Part shown: positions 58,104-64,000 of the stretch, in pieces
Layout of the letters: each line of letters begins with the position of its first letter
How positions within the stretch are numbered: the stretch's first letter is position 1
Source of the DNA: an uncultured Nitrososphaeraceae archaeon
Lineage (GTDB): Archaea; Thermoproteota; Nitrososphaeria; Nitrososphaerales; Nitrososphaeraceae
Reading direction: 5' to 3'
Length of the DNA stretch: 64,000 nt
NCBI GenBank assembly: GCA_963825865.1
Contig: CAWGVG010000046.1
Span: 1-64,000 of the forward strand
Program-made: the position numbers and the translations under genes
The notes under the pieces: model-generated
Seen by the model: the letters and a program-made list of their open reading frames with translations, nothing else
What the model was told of the DNA's origin: nothing
Databases searched by the model: none

Positions 58104-58526
58104 ATATTCCCACTGAATGTAATGGCATCAATACACATAGAAAACTTATTGCAGCCTTGGCAAAGGAGTTGAAGGCAAAGGATTCCCAAATAGAAGAACA
58201 AGGAGGCATATCTATATTCTGTGGTATCATTACAAGTCTGATTAAGTCTAATAGATTTTGATCTGTTTATAAGGTCTATTACAATGAAGGAACAAGAACA
58301 AGCTGATGAGGAACTCTACTACTAATACATACAGCAGTATTTCGAGAATCTCTAAAGAGCAGGTTCATTCCAGAAGTCCTTATTATAAGGTGGAATTAAT
58401 TTGGAATGATAGTAAGGGTGCTTTTTCAGGATATCTTCATTAATGTCCATGAATACATTTGGACGGCGCCACCTGAATTTTCTATAGCAATCTACATTTA
58501 ATACTCTGACAATAAATATTGGGTTA

Positions 58527-59024
58527 TTGGCAAACGAAAAATGGTTTAACAAACAACTCGATCCAAATGCCTTCTACTCATCTATAGAGGAGATTTTTGC
58601 AGCTTTTGGCCCCCCATACGGAGCAGCTGATAACAAAATCGTAGCAAATGGCTTTTTCTGGTCTTCATTGGCGATAAATACACTTTTACGAAGTCGTGAA
58701 TACTCGGACAACCCTACTCAAAAAGAATGCAGCAATAAAGAAGAAGAAATCACCCAATACAGCTATTTACATAATGAAAGCACTCTGCTGATGTTAGGTT
58801 TAATGGTTCTATCATGGGTAAAAGTCAATCTTAAGAAAAAGACAGAAAACGGACACTGTCATAACCCTACCCATAAAACAACTCAAACTAATAAGACGAC
58901 GAACTGTCCAATTGGAAGCGATTTCCACGGAAAGTTATACTCTGATTACATATTAATGTTGGAAGATTTTGTAGAAAGTGTAAAGGCCTGTACTCCTACT
59001 CCAATAGCGTCATCAAGTCAATAA
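58527..59024 (+). CDS. hypothetical protein (probably a fragment)
   Basis: 165-aa ORF, no recognised motif. Confidence 0.35.
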   Translation: MANEKWFNKQLDPNAFYSSIEEIFAAFGPPYGAADNKIVANGFFWSSLAINTLLRSREYSDNPTQKECSNKEEEITQYSYLHNESTLLMLGLMVLSWVKVNLKKKTENGHCHNPTHKTTQTNKTTNCPIGSDFHGKLYSDYILMLEDFVESVKACTPTPIASSSQ

Positions 59025-59218
59025 TAAGTGGTGCAAGCTTAAAGGGTTCTGTATTTCTGTAGTGTCGGAAGCGTATTAATGCTAATTCGCGAGAAAAATC
59101 GCTGCCACCTTCACTCAAATAGATTTTCTAGAGCGATCGCCGCTATTAACATATTTGATTATGTAAGCAAGCATTGCTATGTTCTGATGAGTTACATGAA
59201 CCCTTCAACCAGCAAAGC

Positions 59219-59240
59219 TCAAATCCCTCTGGACCCGCTA
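59219..59240 (+). other. isolated tRNA 3'-end fragment (possible att scar)
   Basis: tcaaatccctctggacccgcta reads as T-loop, T-stem 3' strand, acceptor 3' strand and discriminator; no 5' half upstream. Confidence 0.5.
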
Positions 59241-59711
59241 ACTACATGGATTTGATAATAGCTTTACTGCCGGGACGCTAGCGAATCGAACGTTAGCATT
59301 ATCTTTGACCTGATACCGTCATCATCTTCTTTTTACGCTCTTCTAAACTCTTCATATTGAATCTCTTGTTCCCGCTCTTGGCCTGTATTATCTTCCTGTT
59401 CTTGACTTTTTTCTATCAAAGCAGCAGCGTCTATGTCGGGACGTTTTTCAGTATCTTCTTTTTCCAAAATATTTTTCTAAACAGACGTAAGATCTATGAG
59501 ATGAGATATGAATTTACAGTCACTACTCATTACCACACCATCGATTTTGAATAATACTGTATTGCTAGGAATGCTTTCTTCAACTTTAATCTGCTTCCCT
59601 CAACAATAAGTTAAGTTTGAAGACATTATAATGATATATCGTATAAGGATAGGTTTATCTGTATGCTGCTACTGCAGCATTCAGGAAGCATAGAAACTTT
59701 TTAAACTGTCA

Positions 59712-59972
59712 TCAACAAATCTTGTATATTATTGGGCCTAGCTTTTGCAGGTGGGAGTTATTATGCTGGTATTGCCAAGACCATATAGATTGACTATATG
59801 ATGACCATGTCTCTTTCCAACTAAAATGACAACTATTACAGCTCTTCAATTGACTAGAACTAGTATCATCTATTCTATGTCTTTGAATTCTTAAACTGTC
59901 GGCTGACTTACAATTAGGACAGCAGTAGTAAGATGACACTTTTGTAAGCTGATCAACCCCAAACTGAACCAA
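59712..59972 (-). CDS. small Zn-ribbon protein
   Basis: CPNC...CNSCHFSWKE. Confidence 0.55.
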   Translation of the reverse strand: MVQFGVDQLTKVSSYYCCPNCKSADSLRIQRHRIDDTSSSQLKSCNSCHFSWKETWSSYSQSIWSWQYQHNNSHLQKLGPIIYKIC

Positions 59973-60581
59973 TTATATTATGAAATATTGCTACCTTCTA
60001 TTATATAAGATTTGTCACGTAAAATCATCTAGTGCCTAACTACAAACACTATCTTAAAAATATCCTGTAGTTAGATATCGCCATCAATATTCTTGTGTTG
60101 GATCTATTATTATTACTATCACTAGTAGCGTCAAGTCACCACAGTAGACATAAAAAGCTACTACATGAAATTCTCATAGCTCGTTCCTTTTTCACGTCTG
60201 CTCAGTAGTGGATGACCATACAAAGTATAGGACAGTACTATCAGGTCAGACATTAGTATAAGAACTTGCTAGTCGATCCGACATTGAAGATTTCTGTAAA
60301 TGGCGTAGAAATATCTACGAGAGGTAAACGAATAACAGACAGTAATAGGGTTGATGATGTTATTCGGAATTCAGGTCTAAATATGGCGAAGGGCAAGTGA
60401 AAAAGTATTATAGTAAATTTGATGTGGCAGTCGAGGCTCTGCTCTGACAGCTCTTATCAGAAATCCCTTAGGTTATGAATTATGTTGTTCAATCATATAT
60501 CTGTGATTCTGAATATTTTTGACGCTTAGCCAATAAAGGAAAATAAAGTTAACAAAAAAGAATATCATGGTAACACCATCA

Positions 60582-61355
60582 TCACACCGTCTGGCCTCCA
60601 TCAACGACCATGGTATGCCCTGTGACGAAGGAAGCCGCATCCGAACATAACCAGAGGACGGCCGAGGCGATCTCTTCTGGCTGACCCATCCTTCCGACCG
60701 GCTCCTGTGAGATCATCGCTTGGCGGCCTTCAGGAGTGCCGCCGCTGAAGCGCTGGATCATCGGGGTGTCAATCATTCCGGGGGCCACGGCGTTGATGCG
60801 AATATTCGACTGAGCGTAGTCGAGGGCAGCTGCCTTGGTCAGGCCGATCACACCGTGCTTCGCAGCGACGTATGCGGCTTCCGCCTTGAATCCTTTGACA
60901 CCGGCGCCAGAAGAGGTGTTTACGATGGCGCCGCCTCCCTGCTTGAGCATCAGCGGAATTTCGTGCTTTAAGCACAGAAATACGCCGCGCAGGTCAGTAT
61001 CGACCACACGATCCCACTCTTCGACTGCAAGTTCCGCTGTCAGTGCCATCTTCTGTTCTACGCCTGCATTATTGAAGGCGAAGTCAAGACGTCCGAAGGT
61101 TTCGATGGCCTGTCCAAGACAGTTCTTCACATGTTCTTCTGTTTGAGATACATCGCACTTGACTGCAAGCGCTCGTCCTCCTGCCTCTTTGATGATGTTG
61201 GTCGTTTCGTGGCTCCCCTGCTCTGAAATATCGGCGACGACAACGCTAGCGCCTTCGAGTGCAAAAGCAATCGCAGTAGCTCGGCCAATGCCACTTGCTG
61301 CTCCGGTCACAAACGCAACCTTTCCTTTGAAGTTATTATTACTCTTCATAATCAC
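60582..61355 (-). CDS. short-chain dehydrogenase/reductase (GC-rich)
   Basis: [34 protein letters not shown]. Confidence 0.95.
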   Translation of the reverse strand: MIMKSNNNFKGKVAFVTGAASGIGRATAIAFALEGASVVVADISEQGSHETTNIIKEAGGRALAVKCDVSQTEEHVKNCLGQAIETFGRLDFAFNNAGVEQKMALTAELAVEEWDRVVDTDLRGVFLCLKHEIPLMLKQGGGAIVNTSSGAGVKGFKAEAAYVAAKHGVIGLTKAAALDYAQSNIRINAVAPGMIDTPMIQRFSGGTPEGRQAMISQEPVGRMGQPEEIASAVLWLCSDAASFVTGHTMVVDGGQTV

Positions 61356-61383
61356 TTTACTAGATTTTATAATTAATTTTGAT

Positions 61384-61515
61384 TATCCTGTATTGCTCGT
61401 CGCTAAGCTTTTGCATCCAGTATGCCAAGTTGGTGTCGAGTTGTTCATGAATAGCGATCGTTTGTCATATGGTCGAAATCTACAAGTCGCTCTTTCCAAG
61501 TTTGCGTTTTTGCAT
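61384..61515 (-). pseudogene. aldo/keto reductase N-terminal stub joined to a second cupin tail
   Basis: AGGAGGT RBS then MQKRKLGKSDL*; then IAIHEQLDTNLAYWMQKLSDEQY resembling the upstream cupin C-terminus. Confidence 0.65.
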
Positions 61516-61529
61516 TGTTCCGATACCTC

Positions 61530-62156
61530 CTATTTCGCCCCTACTCTGGCTTGGTATTGCTCGTCGCTGACCTTTTCCATCCAAGTTTCGATCGTGCCGT
61601 TGAGATGTTCCTGAATGGCAATAAGGGTCGCGGCAGTGGTTGGAGTTGCTCCGTGCCAGTGCTTTACGCCAGGTGGGATCCAAACTACGTCACCAGGACA
61701 TATTTTTACAACAGGATTACCTTCAACTTGTGCTAATCCACAACCAGCAGTCACGACAAGTAGCTGACCTAGTGGATGGGTGTGCCATGCAGAACGTGCA
61801 CCAGGCTCAAATGTTACACTAACTGCATCCAATCTTGCTGGGTCTTTAGCTCTAAACCATGGGTCAACGATAACGCTGCCAGTGAAATGCTCGGCCGAAC
61901 CCACAAAGGAAGGTTGTGAACCAGCTCTTCTGATTTCCATGCTCGAAGTTTGATTTGTTACATTACCTTGCGTCGTCGTATCTTGTATTGACTCATTTGT
62001 ATTCTGTGCTATAGGTGAAACAGATTGGTCTTGTCGCTGTTGGGTTTGTCCTTGAGCAAACATCGGATTTCCTGTTCCATCATACATTGCAATTATGTCA
62101 AATGCCAGTGCTGACAGAATTGCACATCTTGACAGTTTCGTTACCTTATCATTCAT
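61530..62156 (-). CDS. cupin domain protein with N-terminal extension
   Basis: [45 protein letters not shown]. Confidence 0.92.
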   Translation of the reverse strand: MNDKVTKLSRCAILSALAFDIIAMYDGTGNPMFAQGQTQQRQDQSVSPIAQNTNESIQDTTTQGNVTNQTSSMEIRRAGSQPSFVGSAEHFTGSVIVDPWFRAKDPARLDAVSVTFEPGARSAWHTHPLGQLLVVTAGCGLAQVEGNPVVKICPGDVVWIPPGVKHWHGATPTTAATLIAIQEHLNGTIETWMEKVSDEQYQARVGAK

Positions 62157-62338
62157 AGAACTGCATTGTATTCTAAATCAGATAAGACTTTATTTCTGTA
62201 TTCACTCAAGATAAAATACATAATCAATTTTTTACTTAGTTTATGGGAATTAATGATGCTATGTATTTTTCCGCGTTTGTAACAAGATGAAATAAATAGA
62301 AAGTCAAAATCAAAAACAAAGAAAGAAAGAGATTCTAT

Positions 62339-62530
62339 CTATTCATTCTTTTTTATTAGCTTGCGGAAATGGTCGGTATTGTTTATAACTTCATTCCATG
62401 ATTGCTCTGTATAACCATGTACTTCCATGCCATGCTTCTTTGCATTTTGCAATAGCTCTTCGGTTTCTCCGTACATTGTGTGGGTGCAAACAGGATCTCC
62501 TGCGTCTTTGCAGTTCAGACTTAATGTCAT
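62339..62530 (-). CDS. DUF1059 small metal-binding protein
   Basis: CKDAG..C.....GETEE...H...VHG. Confidence 0.8.
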   Translation of the reverse strand: MTLSLNCKDAGDPVCTHTMYGETEELLQNAKKHGMEVHGYTEQSWNEVINNTDHFRKLIKKNE

Positions 62531-62648
62531 TTTTTTGGTACCAATAACTCACTCGCTATCGATGTCAAAGGTTTCTCGGTCAAGCTTGTAAAGACTTCAC
62601 TCACTTCCTCAACTTATAATCTAAAAGATCGTTATTATTTCATCATAA

Positions 62649-63296
62649 TCAAGTAACCTTAATACTTACTTCTATTGCATCTCGTACATTTGGAGTAAAC
62701 TCCAATGTAGTTTCGATAGTTTCACTTTTGTATATTCCACCAGAACTCCTTACATACTCCAAATAATCTAGCATTTCATTTTTGGAGACTTCTACGTTAT
62801 CTGCAACAATTACAGCACCTTTATTCAGAGCCTTGTCTTCAGCTAACTTCAGGTATGTCAAATATTCATCTTTGGCTGCATCTAAAAATAACAAGTCAAA
62901 TTTCAAATCAAGCTTGGGAATTACTTTTAAAGCATTACCAACTATAACATTTATTATCTCTGAAAGGCCAGCATCATCTATATTTTTTCTTGCGATATCT
63001 GCAACTGATCTGTCTATTTCTATAGTTACTATTTTTCCATCTGCTTGAAGAATATCAGTAGCAGCAGTAGTAGCCATCAGTATAGCAGAGTAACCATACA
63101 AAGTACCAACCTCAAGAATGTTTTTTGGATTATATTTTTTGATAATTTCTGTTATGATTCTACCTTTGACAGGGCCTATAGATGGAACAAATTCATTTTT
63201 GACCATCTTTTCAAGACGTCTAAGAACGTCTGATGGCTTAGCCATATTAACTTCTTGGTCATCATTATAATTATTACCAGTAGTATTAGATCTCAA
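62649..63296 (-). CDS. O-methyltransferase
   Basis: ILEVGTLYGYSA, TIEID, FDLLFLDAAK, VADNV. Confidence 0.9.
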   Translation of the reverse strand: MRSNTTGNNYNDDQEVNMAKPSDVLRRLEKMVKNEFVPSIGPVKGRIITEIIKKYNPKNILEVGTLYGYSAILMATTAATDILQADGKIVTIEIDRSVADIARKNIDDAGLSEIINVIVGNALKVIPKLDLKFDLLFLDAAKDEYLTYLKLAEDKALNKGAVIVADNVEVSKNEMLDYLEYVRSSGGIYKSETIETTLEFTPNVRDAIEVSIKVT

Positions 63297-63618
63297 AAAT
63301 ATCTGATTCCTTTGTAGTCATGGGTCCTCTTCTTGCTTCAGGATTTACTTCGTCCATACTTTTTGCTAACTGAGCAAGTTTTGGATTTGAAAGCAGTTTA
63401 TTAATTTGCGCTAGCTCATAACTAGACCTGATTACAACTCCTCTTTTCTTTGTAGCAGAGCCAGATGAATCAACAGGATTTATTTCAATAGCTAAGGAAG
63501 GAGCTATCGATTTTAGTCCAGGTAACCTAAGTAAGAATATGCCAGGTATACTGGTAGCTTTCCTTTCCCAGTCCTTACCTTCTTTTATAAATTTGGTTAG
63601 TCTCTGATCAGCAGACAT
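63286..63618 (-). CDS. conserved hypothetical protein
   Basis: GKDWERKATSIPGIFLLRLP...EINPVD...KKRG. Confidence 0.65.
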   Translation of the reverse strand: MSADQRLTKFIKEGKDWERKATSIPGIFLLRLPGLKSIAPSLAIEINPVDSSGSATKKRGVVIRSSYELAQINKLLSNPKLAQLAKSMDEVNPEARRGPMTTKESDIFEI

Positions 63619-63768
63619 ATACACTGTATGATCAAAGGTATTGAAGTAATAGTTCTTTAATAATATATATAGTATATTCATGGCATGTCAACAAGAGATA
63701 GGATCTGAACCTATGATGACTCTAAGACATGAATTTTAATAGATCTTCTTTTTTAACTAAAAGTACAT

Positions 63769-64000
63769 ATGTCAACTACTGCTAGTCAAAAGACAATGTT
63801 CTCCAGAATACTAATTGCAATAGATGGCTCTGATGCGTCAATGGATGCAGCAGATTATGCTGTATCTATATCTGAACAATATAATGCAGAACTTCTTTAT
63901 GCTTTGCATGTTATACACCCAGCTGACGCTGATTTATTTGGATCAACTGGAGAAATGACAACAGCAGCTTACAATACAATAGACATGAACAAAGAAGCTC
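63769..64000 (+). CDS. universal stress protein (3' partial)
   Basis: FSRILIAIDGSDASMDAADYA...ALHVI. Confidence 0.85.
   Translation, partial: MSTTASQKTMFSRILIAIDGSDASMDAADYAVSISEQYNAELLYALHVIHPADADLFGSTGEMTTAAYNTIDMNKEA

Overview
AT-rich archaeal chromosome segment, very likely from a soil ammonia-oxidising archaeon (Nitrososphaerota, Nitrososphaeraceae-like). The assignment rests on archaeal core genes (nurA-herA, radA, tgtA, Lsm, AK6 adenylate kinase, rfcS, GINS, mcm), lineage-typical families (MEDS, DUF6659, stand-alone receivers, Zn-ribbon tyrosine integrase) and frequent poly-S/N/Q insertions. Many genes, including essential mcm, GINS, rfcS and radA, are broken by single-base indels, so most frameshifts are probably long-read consensus errors. 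Accessory content: a decaying integrase + primase-polymerase/helicase element (~4.3-14 kb); two near-identical IS5-family copies and a 140-bp MITE with related ends; a third DDE IS truncating a Rieske gene; a deleted IS200/IS605 element; a three-level nest (IS5 inside IS630 inside tnpB); and two GC-rich, bacteria-like SDR/cupin patches. The two most interesting signals are (1) a MinD/ParA gene followed by a KaiC-like ATPase-TRASH-like-class III nucleotidyl cyclase fusion, with a divergently transcribed stand-alone copy of the same TRASH-like domain, and (2) an orphan CRISPR mini-array (one intact 30-bp repeat, two partial repeats, two spacers) directly after mcm that replaces the N-terminus of a receiver gene. 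All calls were made by eye; no database searches were run.
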